From the NCBI GenBank assembly GCA_031409655.1, contig JANNXQ010000136.1, positions 1 to 19,170 of the forward strand: DNA of 19,170 bases. The letters are read 5' to 3'. This stretch comes from Chthoniobacteraceae bacterium. GTDB lineage: Bacteria; Verrucomicrobiota; Verrucomicrobiia; Chthoniobacterales; Chthoniobacteraceae. Each line of letters opens with the position of its first letter. Positions within the stretch are counted from its first letter, which is position 1. Of this stretch, positions 1-8,801 are shown piece after piece. The position numbers and the translations under genes were made by a program. Below the pieces are notes generated by a model, which worked only from the letters and a program-made list of their open reading frames with translations, ran no database searches and was not told where the DNA came from.

Positions 1-37
1 GCGGCCTTTTCTCCTGCCCCGGACACCCCTCAATAAC

Positions 38-46
38 TGTGGATAA
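38..46 (-). promoter_or_regulatory. Perfect DnaA box (TTATCCACA on - strand) overlapping the dnaA start codon
   Basis: The + strand reads TGTGGATAA at 38-46, the reverse complement of the consensus TTATCCACA. The GTG start is at 39-41. Confidence 0.7.
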
Positions 47-1433
47 CGCCCTGCCTCACGAAGACCTCCCAGCGATCTGGAACGAAATCGCCGCGAACCT
101 TAAAGCCGCACTCACAACCGACGCCTACAACCGTTGGTTCAAGGACATCGAACTCCTCAAAGTGGACGCCAAACAGCTCACCCTGCGCGTCCCAAATAAC
201 ATCTTCCAACTCTGGATCGAAAGTAACTATCTGCAGTTCCTGCGTTCGGCCATCACGCTCGTGCTCGGCGGGCCGCGCACCGTGCATTTCATCCACGCCG
301 ATGAAGGCACGCAATCCGCCTCCGGCAAATCCCCGATGGCTGGCGAACCCACCGAGTTGGACGTCGCCCTCGACGAACCGAACGCGCCCGCTGCCCTGCG
401 CACCGGGATGCAAGCGATGAATCCCCGGAACAACTTCGAGGCATTCGTCGTCGGCGCGGGGAATCAATTCGCGCACGCCGCGTGTCTCGCGGTGAGTGAA
501 GCGCCGGCGCGCGCTTACAATCCGCTCTTCGTCTATGGCCCCACCGGCCTCGGCAAGACGCACCTCATGCACGCCATCGGCCAGCACATCGCTGGCAAAC
601 GCAAACCTTCGAAGGTCTTCTACACCACCAGCGAGGTCTTCACGAACGAGTTCATCGACGCGATCCAAAACGGGACGCTCATGAAATTCCGCAAGCGCTA
701 CCGGCAGGCTGACGTGCTGCTCATCGACGACATCCAATTCCTCGGCGGCAAGGAGCGCTCGCAGGAGGAATTTTTCCACACCTTCAACGCTCTCTTCGAC
801 GGGCATAAACAGATCGTCCTCTCCAGTGATCGTCCACCTTCCGAGATCGAGAATCTCGAGCAGCGTCTCGTCTCGCGCTTTGACTGGGGCCTCACCGCCG
901 AGTTGCAACCGCCGGACGTCGAGACACGCATCGCCATCCTGCGCAAGAAGGCCGCGTCCCTCGACGTGCGTCTGCCGGAAGAAATCCTCGTCTTCATCGC
1001 CGAGCGGGTGCGGTCGAATGTGCGGCGTCTCGAAGGGGCGCTCACCCGGGTGGCGTCGTTTGTCTCGCTGCATGGCAGCAAGAACCCGCCTGTCGAACGC
1101 CTGGAACAACTCCTCAAGGACATGCTCCAGGAGGAGGCGCGGCGCGCGATCAACATCGAGCAGATCCAGAAAATGGTCTCCGCGCATTTTGACATGCGCC
1201 TCCAGGACATGACTAGCAAACGCCGTCCGGCGAATATCGCTTTCCCACGCCAGATCGCCATGTACCTCGCGCGTGAGCTGACGAAGCTTTCGCTCAGCGA
1301 GATCGGTGACGCCTTCGGCGGCCGCGATCACGGCACCGTCCTGCACGCGCACCGCCTGGTGAAAGGCCGCGTGGCGACCGACGAAAAGACGCGCCAGGCA
1401 GTGCGCTTCCTCGAAGGCCACCTCGCGCGGTAA
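39..1433 (+). CDS. dnaA: Chromosomal replication initiator protein DnaA
   Basis: 464 aa. Contains YNPLFVYGPTGLGKTHL (Walker A), LLIDDIQF (Walker B), QEEFFHTFN, RLVSRF, NVRRLEGAL and the domain IV motif FGGRDHGTVLHA. GTG start. Confidence 0.98.
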   Translation: MDNALPHEDLPAIWNEIAANLKAALTTDAYNRWFKDIELLKVDAKQLTLRVPNNIFQLWIESNYLQFLRSAITLVLGGPRTVHFIHADEGTQSASGKSPMAGEPTELDVALDEPNAPAALRTGMQAMNPRNNFEAFVVGAGNQFAHAACLAVSEAPARAYNPLFVYGPTGLGKTHLMHAIGQHIAGKRKPSKVFYTTSEVFTNEFIDAIQNGTLMKFRKRYRQADVLLIDDIQFLGGKERSQEEFFHTFNALFDGHKQIVLSSDRPPSEIENLEQRLVSRFDWGLTAELQPPDVETRIAILRKKAASLDVRLPEEILVFIAERVRSNVRRLEGALTRVASFVSLHGSKNPPVERLEQLLKDMLQEEARRAINIEQIQKMVSAHFDMRLQDMTSKRRPANIAFPRQIAMYLARELTKLSLSEIGDAFGGRDHGTVLHAHRLVKGRVATDEKTRQAVRFLEGHLAR

Positions 1434-1458
1434 CGCGCGCCGCCGTGCAACCGTTACC
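1429..1458. terminator. Hairpin spanning the convergent dnaA/mlaD stop codons, possible weak bidirectional terminator
   Basis: GGTAACG (1429-1435) pairs with CGTTACC (1452-1458), with an inner GCGC/GTGC stem. There is no U-tract. Confidence 0.3.
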
Positions 1459-2452
1459 TCGCGGGAGCCGCCTTGGGCTTCAGGGGGATCGACTTCTTCG
1501 TCCGGAGGATTTCTTCCTCGCTCGGGAGGGCGTTCGGTTTCGTGCCGAAGATCAGCCGATGCGGATGCTCGCCGAGCGTGCGCATGGCGGCCTTCGCGTA
1601 GGTCGTGGCGACCTTGAGATTTTCCATCACCGCCCCGAGTTCCGCCATCCGGGCGTCGATGCTCTTGTCGGTGTGCGTGAGGAAACGGTCGGCGCTGCCG
1701 AGCGTGTCTTTGAGCTGCTCGAGCGCGATCTTCATTTTCTCAAGGTCCGTTTTGATCGGCCCTTCGCTTTCGGCGATGAGTTTGTCGATGCGCTTCAGCG
1801 CGGTGTCCGCGGATGAGGCCGTCGTGTTCAGCGTTTCCGCGAGTTTGGAGATCCGCGGCAGGGCTTCGCTCATTCCATCTTTCAGGGTGTCCACGGCTTC
1901 GCCCGTCTTCGCGAGCAGCGGGTCGAATTGCTTGAGCGTTTTCTCCACGGCCTTCAAGAGTGGGTCGAGCGAGTCCACCATCACACCCACCTTCTCCGCG
2001 ACGCCGTCGAGTCCGCTGCTCCCGGTCCCCTGGAGCACGGCGCCGGCGATCAGTTTCGGAGCGGTGGCGGAGCCGGCGGAAAAGGCGACGAACTTCTCGC
2101 TCAACAACGTGTCGCTCGAGAGCGTGATCTTCGCGTCCTCCGGCACCGGCGGGACGTCATCCGCCATCTCCACCGTGACCCGCACGGCATTGCGCCGCAG
2201 CTCCTCCGGCGCAGTGGCGCGCTCCTCCGCCGTCAGCAGCCGCACGCCGACCACTGATCCCGCCGGCGCTCCGGCATAGCGGACTTGCGAGTGAATGCGG
2301 ACGCCGGTGACATCAGGAAAATCGACCTCGAAGCGGCGGCTCCCCTTCCCCTTCCCCCAACCAGAGAGCGCAAAGACGAGCGTCCCGACCAGAACCGCGC
2401 TGCAAGCGATCACGGCGAGGGCTACGAGGTAGTCGGAGAAGTTTTTCTTCAT
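1454..2452 (-). CDS. mlaD: MlaD/MCE-domain protein with long C-terminal helical (coiled-coil) region
   Basis: N-terminal TM helix, MCE motifs FPDVTGVRIHSQVRYAGAPAGSV and DTLLSEKFVAF, and a C-terminal HPHRLIFG. Last gene of the STAS-mlaE-mlaF cluster. Confidence 0.9.
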   Translation of the reverse strand: MKKNFSDYLVALAVIACSAVLVGTLVFALSGWGKGKGSRRFEVDFPDVTGVRIHSQVRYAGAPAGSVVGVRLLTAEERATAPEELRRNAVRVTVEMADDVPPVPEDAKITLSSDTLLSEKFVAFSAGSATAPKLIAGAVLQGTGSSGLDGVAEKVGVMVDSLDPLLKAVEKTLKQFDPLLAKTGEAVDTLKDGMSEALPRISKLAETLNTTASSADTALKRIDKLIAESEGPIKTDLEKMKIALEQLKDTLGSADRFLTHTDKSIDARMAELGAVMENLKVATTYAKAAMRTLGEHPHRLIFGTKPNALPSEEEILRTKKSIPLKPKAAPAR

Positions 2453-2537
2453 CAGGAAAGTGGCCGGTCGGCGGAGACTCGACGGGCGCTGGTAATGCTT
2501 TCTTCCCGCATCCGACAGCCAGTATCCAGCCCCGTCT

Positions 2538-3386
2538 TCATTCGCCGGAGAAGGCCGTCCGCTTATGCCGGGGCTGGCCGATCAAATGGGTGTGATAATC
2601 GATCTCGGAAAGTTGCAGCGGCACCGGGCCATCCGGCTCGCCATTGATGAACTGTTTCACCTCGGGATTCGCATGCCCGCGCATCTCGTCCGGGGTTCCT
2701 TCGGCGATCACCTTACCCTGATTCCGTCCGGTCCCGAGCATGATCATCCGCGTGCCGATGCGGAAGGCGCTGGTCATGTCATGCGTCACGACCAGCGCCG
2801 TGACGCCGAGCTTGCGCGTCATGTCCTGCGTCAAAATATCGACCACGCTCGTCATGATCGGGTCGAGTCCCGCCGTCGGCTCATCGCTGAAGAGGAGCTG
2901 CGGATCAAGCGCCAGAGCCCGTGCGAGACCCACCCGCTTTTTCATCCCGCCACTGATCTCCGCCGGCTTGAGATTTTCGAAACCCGTGAGCCCGACCATG
3001 CCGAGCTTCAGCTTCACCATGAGATCGACGATATTCGGCGCGAGATCGCCGCGGTGCTCGAGGATGGGCAGCGCGACATTTTCACCGACGGTCAGCGACT
3101 GCAGCAGCGCGCCACTTTGAAAGAGCACGCCGAAGCGCTGCCGGACCTTCGAGAGCGCCCGCTCGTCCATCGTGGTGATCTCTTCTCCGAAGAGCTTGAT
3201 CGAACCGCTCGTCGGTTTCATGGCGCCGATGAGGTGCCGCAGGAGCGTCGATTTTCCGCAGCCCGAGCCACCCATGACGATCATGGTATCGCCCTTCATG
3301 ACTTTGAAAGTGATGCCATTGAGGACGCGCCGTCCGTGGAATTCGCGGGCGAGATCGGTGACTTCGATGACCGGCGTTTCGCTCAT
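2538..3386 (-). CDS. mlaF: MlaF/Mkl-type ABC transporter ATP-binding protein (282 aa, true start MSETPVIEV)
   Basis: GGSGCGKS Walker A, LFQSGAL, ISGGMKKRVGLARA signature, FSDEPTAGLDP and VTHD. The ATG at 3386 overlaps the mlaE stop (ATGA). The ORF-track extension to 3677 lies inside mlaE. Confidence 0.93.
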   Translation of the reverse strand: MSETPVIEVTDLAREFHGRRVLNGITFKVMKGDTMIVMGGSGCGKSTLLRHLIGAMKPTSGSIKLFGEEITTMDERALSKVRQRFGVLFQSGALLQSLTVGENVALPILEHRGDLAPNIVDLMVKLKLGMVGLTGFENLKPAEISGGMKKRVGLARALALDPQLLFSDEPTAGLDPIMTSVVDILTQDMTRKLGVTALVVTHDMTSAFRIGTRMIMLGTGRNQGKVIAEGTPDEMRGHANPEVKQFINGEPDGPVPLQLSEIDYHTHLIGQPRHKRTAFSGE

Positions 3387-4123
3387 ACGGCAAAGAAAAA
3401 GATCCCGGTCAGAATCGCATTCGCCACGAGCACGATGAGCAGCGACCAGACGACCGAACCCGTCGTCGCTTGCCCGACGCCTTCCGCACCGCCCTCCACC
3501 GCGAGCCCGCGAAAACAGGCGATGGTCACGATGAGCCAGGCAAAGACCCCGCTCTTGATGAGTCCCGTCGCCAGATCCCAGACATCCGCGCTTTCCAAGG
3601 AACGCACGATGTAACTCGCCGTTCCGAAATCGAGGGCGAACCGGCAGATCGTCCAGCCACCGACCATCCCGATCCAATCCCCAAAAACGGTCAGCACCGG
3701 GAGCATCAGCAGCATCGCCAGGACGCGCGGGACGATGAGGAAGCGGATCGGATTGATGGCCATGACCTCCAGCGCTTCGATCTCCTCGGAGACCTTCATC
3801 GTGCCAAGTTCCGCCGTCACCGCCGAGCCACTGCGCCCGATCACGATCACCGCGATGAGCAGCGGCCCGAGTTCGCGGAGCAGCGAGACCGTCACCAGAT
3901 TCGGCACGAAGGCTTCCGCACCCATCTTGCGCAGTTCATTCGCCGACTGCATCGCCAGCGTCACGCCGATGGAAAAGGAGGTGAGCATCGCCATCGGCAA
4001 GGCGCGGACGCCGATGAGGACCATCTGATGGAACACTTGCGAGACCTTCCACATCTGCCCACGCCACGGCGCGACGAAGATCCAAAACAAAATCCGTCCG
4101 CAGAGCGCGAGGTAACCTTTCAC
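3383..4123 (-). CDS. mlaE: MlaE family ABC transporter permease
   Basis: RELGPLL, GRSGSAVTAELGTMKVSEEIEALEVMAINPIRFLIVPR and GAEGVGQATT motifs. The GTG start overlaps the STAS stop (GTGA). Confidence 0.95.
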   Translation of the reverse strand: MKGYLALCGRILFWIFVAPWRGQMWKVSQVFHQMVLIGVRALPMAMLTSFSIGVTLAMQSANELRKMGAEAFVPNLVTVSLLRELGPLLIAVIVIGRSGSAVTAELGTMKVSEEIEALEVMAINPIRFLIVPRVLAMLLMLPVLTVFGDWIGMVGGWTICRFALDFGTASYIVRSLESADVWDLATGLIKSGVFAWLIVTIACFRGLAVEGGAEGVGQATTGSVVWSLLIVLVANAILTGIFFFAV

Positions 4124-4467
4124 GCCACGGGCTTGCTGAGCGCCGCGCGCGCCTCCGCCAGGGTGGCGCGAATCGTAAAAATTTCATCAAGCCGCACCAT
4201 GTCGAAGATCGTCCGCACGCTCTCGCTCAACCCGCCGAGGGCGAGCCGTCCGCCGAATGCGGCCGACTTTTGCACATACTCCACGAGGGTCGCGAGACCG
4301 GAGGAATCGATGTACTTCACCTCGGTGAAATCGATGAGCAGAGCAGCGCGCTTCGCGTCCGCATGCACCGCGAGGACGCTGCGCAATTCGGGCGAACGCG
4401 CCATATCCACTTCCCCTGCGATCTGCAAAATGTGCAGACCACCATCGATGAGTTCGCGCACTTGCAT
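4120..4467 (-). CDS. STAS-domain protein (SpoIIAA/RsbV-like anti-anti-sigma; MlaB-like by position)
   Basis: 115 aa. GEVD...SPELR, IDFTEVKYIDSSGLATLV and VRTIFDMVRLD are typical STAS motifs. Confidence 0.9.
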   Translation of the reverse strand: MQVRELIDGGLHILQIAGEVDMARSPELRSVLAVHADAKRAALLIDFTEVKYIDSSGLATLVEYVQKSAAFGGRLALGGLSESVRTIFDMVRLDEIFTIRATLAEARAALSKPVA

Positions 4468-4579
4468 GGGAGACGCGTAGCAGTGGGGCTGCGCGCGCGG
4501 AAGGGGAAAGTGCGCGCCTCAATCCAGCAGCAACGCTGCGTTCCAGCGGCACGGCTTGGCTGGGAGACGTGTGCCGAGC

Positions 4580-4912
4580 TCAGTGTCCGAGCATCCACGG
4601 TCGGCGGTTGCGCTTCGTCGAGGCGCGCAGGGCGGGCTTCTCGGGATTGGCGTTCTTCGGGCGTCGGTGGGCGCAGATGCGCCCGGAACAGCACGCTGTC
4701 TTCAGCCCCACGCGAGGCTCGTGGCGACTGCGCTCATTCCGCACCGCCGCCATGCGATTCAGCGGCTGCATCACCGCTAGGTTCGGCGCAGAAATGACGC
4801 GCGCCGCCAGTCGATCGCAGATCTCACAGGGTGCTGGAGCGTCACGTTGGTCGATGGCGCGGAAGTCGGCAAACGTCCCGCACGTTGCGCATTCAAATTC
4901 GTAAACAGGCAT
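4580..4912 (-). CDS. fmdB: FmdB family zinc-ribbon regulatory protein
   Basis: MPVYEFECATCG...PCEIC...RVISAP zinc ribbon and an RPWMLGH C-terminus. Lies directly downstream of the formamidase. Confidence 0.9.
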   Translation of the reverse strand: MPVYEFECATCGTFADFRAIDQRDAPAPCEICDRLAARVISAPNLAVMQPLNRMAAVRNERSRHEPRVGLKTACCSGRICAHRRPKNANPEKPALRASTKRNRRPWMLGH

Positions 4913-4929
4913 GGATCGCGAGGCCGGGA

Positions 4930-6153
4930 CTACGTGACTCTCGCGAGATCGACGCCGGGCGTCACCCCGGGCACGGGCCCATTGGCATTCGGCTTGATAT
5001 CGAACTTAAAGATCTCCGTGGGCAGCCAGAGCGTGGCACAGGCATTCGGGATATCCACGATCCCGCTGATCCGACCCTCAACCGGAGCGGTCCCAAGAAT
5101 CGCGTAGGCCTGCTCGCCGGTGTACCCAAACTTCTTCATGTACTCAATCGCGTTCAAACAGGCGCGCCGGTATGCGACATGCGGATCGAGATAATATTGC
5201 TTCCCCGCTTCGTCCACGGAGATGCCTTCAAAGATCAGGTGCTGCTTGTAAGTCGGCTCCAGCGCACTGGGTTGGAAAATCGGATTGATGACCCCGTATT
5301 TCGCCATGCCGCCTTTGATGATGCTGACCCGGAGGTCGATGAAGCCTGCCATCTCGATCGCTCCGCAGAAGGTGATTTCACCGTCACCCTGCGAGAAGTG
5401 AATATCGCCCATGGAAAGACCACCGCCGTCCACATAGACAGGGAAATAGATTTTAGATCCACGAGTCAGATTCTTGATGTCACAATTACCACCGTGTTCG
5501 CGAGGCGGCACCGTCCGCGCTGCCTCCTTGGCCGCTTCTGTGCTTGCAGAGGGCGACATCCGGCCCATATGGGCGGTTTCGGCGAAAGGGAGCGCACAGA
5601 GCGGCGGCACGCGTTCCGGCGCGGTGTTGAAAAGTTCGGTCTCCCGCGTATTCCAGGTATCGAGCAACGCTCTGGACGGAAGGCAGCCGATAAGGCCCGG
5701 ATGCAGGATGCCGGCAAACTCGACGTTCGGGATGTGCCGCGAAGAAGTGTAGATACCGTGAAAGTCCCAGCAGGCCTTCCGGGCTTCCGGGTAATGATCG
5801 ACGAGAAACCCGCCGCCGTTTTCCCGCGCAAAGATTCCCGTAAAGCCCCACTCGGAATCCGGCAGCGCACCGATATCGAGCAAGTCCACCACCAGGAGAT
5901 CACCCGGTTCCGCTCCGTGAACGCCGATCGGGCCGCTGAGGTAGTGAACCTTCGTGAGATTCACATCGCGCACGTCCGTCGCGGAGTCATCGTTGCGAAT
6001 CTGCCCCCCGGTCCAGTCAATACACTCGACTCGGAATTCATCACCCGGCTTTACCCATGCGACCATCGGGATATCCGGGTGCCAGCGGTTGTGGATGACA
6101 TCCTGACTTTCAGGCGTCGCATTGAGGTCAATCTTGATCAGTGGTTTTGACAT
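4930..6153 (-). CDS. fmdA: Formamidase (FmdA/AmdA acetamidase-formamidase family)
   Basis: 407 aa. IHNRWHPDIP, DWTGGQI, HYLSGP, HPGLIGC, ARTVPPREHGGNCDIKNL, GDIHFSQGDGEITFCGAIEMAG and IVDIPNACAT. Confidence 0.96.
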   Translation of the reverse strand: MSKPLIKIDLNATPESQDVIHNRWHPDIPMVAWVKPGDEFRVECIDWTGGQIRNDDSATDVRDVNLTKVHYLSGPIGVHGAEPGDLLVVDLLDIGALPDSEWGFTGIFARENGGGFLVDHYPEARKACWDFHGIYTSSRHIPNVEFAGILHPGLIGCLPSRALLDTWNTRETELFNTAPERVPPLCALPFAETAHMGRMSPSASTEAAKEAARTVPPREHGGNCDIKNLTRGSKIYFPVYVDGGGLSMGDIHFSQGDGEITFCGAIEMAGFIDLRVSIIKGGMAKYGVINPIFQPSALEPTYKQHLIFEGISVDEAGKQYYLDPHVAYRRACLNAIEYMKKFGYTGEQAYAILGTAPVEGRISGIVDIPNACATLWLPTEIFKFDIKPNANGPVPGVTPGVDLARVT

Positions 6154-6883
6154 AGGTTCGGTGGGTTGTGGTTGCTGGTTGGTGGAAATAAATTAGACGG
6201 CGAGCATTGCCTTGACTTTGGTGGCATCGATCTCCGCGCGCGTGCACTTCGTGAATGAAACGTCCCCGATCCATGACGAGCACCCGGTCGCAGACATCCA
6301 TCATGAAGCTCACGACCTGCTCGGTGACGACGATGGTCAGGTCGCGCAGGTTGCGAATTTCCCGCAGGGTGCGGGCGAGGTCTTTGATAATCGAGGGCTG
6401 GATGCCTTCGGTCGGTTCGTCGAGCACCAGAACCTTGGGCTCGGTGAGCAGGGCGCGCCCGATGGCGAGTTGTTGCTGCTGGCCGCCGGAGAGATTGCCG
6501 CCCTTGCGCTTCCGCATCTCGAAGAGCACCGGAAAGAGCGCGTAGATTTCATCGAGTGCGGATTTCTCGACGTTGCCGCGGGCTCCGGAGTGGAGATTCT
6601 CCAGCACGGTGAGGCTGCTGAAAATCATCCGCCCCTGCGGCACGTAGGCCAGTCCGCTGCGCACCCGGCGATGGGAAGGCAGGCCAGCCACTTCCTTGCC
6701 ATCCACTTTTACCGAGCCGGAGTTCGACTGGAGCAGTCCGATCAATCCCCGGAGCAGCGTGCTTTTCCCCATCCCGTTACGCCCCATGATGGCGAGCACC
6801 TCGCCCTTCGCGGCGCTGAAGCTCGCGGCGTGGATGACCTCGCTCTGTTCATAACCAACGGTGAGTTCTTTGACTTCCAACAT
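6128..6883 (-). CDS. urtE: Urea/amide ABC transporter ATP-binding subunit UrtE. Apparent 1-nt frameshift near 6236-6252; natural stop probably at 6193-6195.
   Basis: GRNGMGKS, YVPQGR, GGNLSGGQQQQLAIGRAL and LDEPTEGIQPSII. A plausible C-terminus, RAEIDATKVKAMLAV*, lies in another frame. Confidence 0.9.
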   Translation of the reverse strand: MLEVKELTVGYEQSEVIHAASFSAAKGEVLAIMGRNGMGKSTLLRGLIGLLQSNSGSVKVDGKEVAGLPSHRRVRSGLAYVPQGRMIFSSLTVLENLHSGARGNVEKSALDEIYALFPVLFEMRKRKGGNLSGGQQQQLAIGRALLTEPKVLVLDEPTEGIQPSIIKDLARTLREIRNLRDLTIVVTEQVVSFMMDVCDRVLVMDRGRFIHEVHARGDRCHQSQGNARRLIYFHQPATTTHRTYVKTTDQD

Positions 6884-6895
6884 AGGGTGGGTGGT

Positions 6896-7642
6896 TTAGT
6901 GGCCGAGATACACGTCCTGCACTTTTTGATTTTGCTGAATCTCTGTCATCCGTCCTTCCGCGAGAATCTTTCCGAGATGCAGGACGGTGACCTTGTGGGC
7001 GATGCGCTGCACAAACTCCATGTCGTGCTCGATGATCAGGATGGAGCGATTCTCGGTGATGCGCCCCAGGAGCTGTGCGGTTAACTCCCTCTCGGCGGGA
7101 CTCATACCCGCGACCGGTTCGTCGAGCATGAGCAACTCCGGGTCTTGCATGAGTAACATCCCAATCTCCAGCCACTGCTTCTGCCCGTGACTAAGGAAGG
7201 CTCCTTCGACATCCAGGTATTCCTGAAGAAAGACCGTCTGCGCGATCTGCTCGATGCGCTCGATCACTTCCGGCGAGCGTTTGAAGGCAAGGCAGCCGAA
7301 GACGCTGTGGCCCTTGGGATACGAAATCTCGAGGTTCTCGAAGACCGTCAGGTTCTCATAGATGGAAGGCGTCTGGAACTTCCGGCCGATGCCCGCATGC
7401 ACGATCTTGTGTTCGGCCATGCCGAGGATTTCGCGCTGCTTGAATTTGATGCTGCCGCCGGTGGCCCGCGTGCGTCCGCAGATGAGATCGAGCACCGTGG
7501 TTTTGCCCGCGCCGTTCGGGCCGATAATCACCCGTAACTCTTTGCTGTCGACGTAGAGGTTGAGGCTGTCCACGGCCTTGAAGCCGTCGAAGGACACGGT
7601 GAGATCCTCGATCGAGAGGAGGAAGTCGGTTTCGTTACTCAT
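6896..7642 (-). CDS. urtD: Urea/amide ABC transporter ATP-binding subunit UrtD (248 aa, start MSNETDFLL)
   Basis: VSFDGFKA, IIGPNGAGKTT, GIGRKFQTP, LSHGQKQWLEIGM, DEPVAGM, IEHDM and VYLG. The ATG at 7642 overlaps the urtC stop (ATGA). Confidence 0.94.
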   Translation of the reverse strand: MSNETDFLLSIEDLTVSFDGFKAVDSLNLYVDSKELRVIIGPNGAGKTTVLDLICGRTRATGGSIKFKQREILGMAEHKIVHAGIGRKFQTPSIYENLTVFENLEISYPKGHSVFGCLAFKRSPEVIERIEQIAQTVFLQEYLDVEGAFLSHGQKQWLEIGMLLMQDPELLMLDEPVAGMSPAERELTAQLLGRITENRSILIIEHDMEFVQRIAHKVTVLHLGKILAEGRMTEIQQNQKVQDVYLGH

Positions 7643-8796
7643 GATTCTCCTCCCGTCTTGGCGAGTTGCACCGGGCCGACGCGTGGGAGGGTGCGCCGGG
7701 CAGCCGCTCCGCGCGCCTTCATGCCGGGGATGCGTTTTCGGATCGTCTCCCAAACGCCGCCCAGGCCATTCGGGAAAAACATGACCACGGCGATGAACAG
7801 CCCGCCCATCGCGAAGAGCCAGAGCTGCGGGAAGTTCTCCGAAAAGAGACTCTTCCCCGTATTCACCAAGAGCGTGCCATAGACCGCGCCGAGCAAGGAC
7901 AGCTTCCCCCCGACCGCGGCGAAGATGACCATCTCGATCGAGGGCACGATCCCAACGAGTGATGGCGAGATGAAGCCGACTTGGAGCACAAAGAGCGCGC
8001 CACCGATCCCGCTGATACCCGCCGCCAGACAGAAGGCGAAGGTCTTGATATTCGCCACATCGTACCCGGAGAAGCGGACGCGATCCTCGCGATCCCGCAT
8101 GGCCAGGAGCACCCGGCCCATGCGGGAGGAAAGCACGAACCGCGACACGAGAATGCAGGCAATGAGCAGCGCCGCGCAGACAAAGTAGAGAACGTATTGC
8201 GCCGCCTGCGTGCGGATGTCCCAACCCCACAAGGTGCGCAGATCGGTGATGCCATTGCGGCCCCCGGTGAGGCCCTGATTGCCGTCGATCCCCAAGGAGA
8301 GAATCAGTGCGAGGGCTTGCGTGATCACCGCGAAATAGACGCCGCCAACGCGCCGCTTGAACATCGCTGCACCAACGAAGAACGCGATGATCGTAGGCAC
8401 CAGCACCGCCGCACAGAGCGCGAAGGGCAGGCTCTTGAATGGCACCCAAAGCGCCGGAAGGGCGGTCAATTGATTCCAATCCATGAAGTCCGGAATACCG
8501 GGCGTGCTCTGGATCGCGGTGTTCTGCGGGCTGGAGGCTTCGAGCTTCAGAAACATCGCCATGCAGTAGCCACCCAGTCCAAAAAAGATGCCCTGCCCGA
8601 GACTGAGCACCCCGGCATTTCCCCAGAGCATCACCAAACCGACCGCGACAAAGGCATAGGTCAGATACTTTCCGACCAAGTTGAGCCGAAAGATGTCGAG
8701 CGTGACGGGCAGCACTATAAATAGGATGGCGGCGAGGATGGCGATGCCGATCGCCCCTTGGGTGCCTCCGATGACGTTGCGGTAGAATTTCTTCAT
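7639..8796 (-). CDS. urtC: Urea/amide ABC transporter permease UrtC (385 aa, start MKKFYRNV)
   Basis: GKYLTYAFVAVGL..WG..GVLSLGQGIFFGLGGY, PDFMDWN, GVYFAVITQA, AMRDREDRVRFSGY and SIEMVIFAAVGG. The start lies 5 nt after the urtB stop. Confidence 0.93.
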   Translation of the reverse strand: MKKFYRNVIGGTQGAIGIAILAAILFIVLPVTLDIFRLNLVGKYLTYAFVAVGLVMLWGNAGVLSLGQGIFFGLGGYCMAMFLKLEASSPQNTAIQSTPGIPDFMDWNQLTALPALWVPFKSLPFALCAAVLVPTIIAFFVGAAMFKRRVGGVYFAVITQALALILSLGIDGNQGLTGGRNGITDLRTLWGWDIRTQAAQYVLYFVCAALLIACILVSRFVLSSRMGRVLLAMRDREDRVRFSGYDVANIKTFAFCLAAGISGIGGALFVLQVGFISPSLVGIVPSIEMVIFAAVGGKLSLLGAVYGTLLVNTGKSLFSENFPQLWLFAMGGLFIAVVMFFPNGLGGVWETIRKRIPGMKARGAAARRTLPRVGPVQLAKTGGES

Positions 8797-8801
8797 AAGG
8801 A

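Noticed and set aside
30..1421. 463-aa antisense ORF over dnaA
   Set aside because: Shadow ORF typical of high-GC codon bias, with no recognisable motifs.
4467..4572. Direct repeat TGGGAGACG(C/T)GT at 4467 and 4561 as an island att site
   Set aside because: Only 11/12 nt, both copies are on the same side of the module, and there is no integrase or tRNA.
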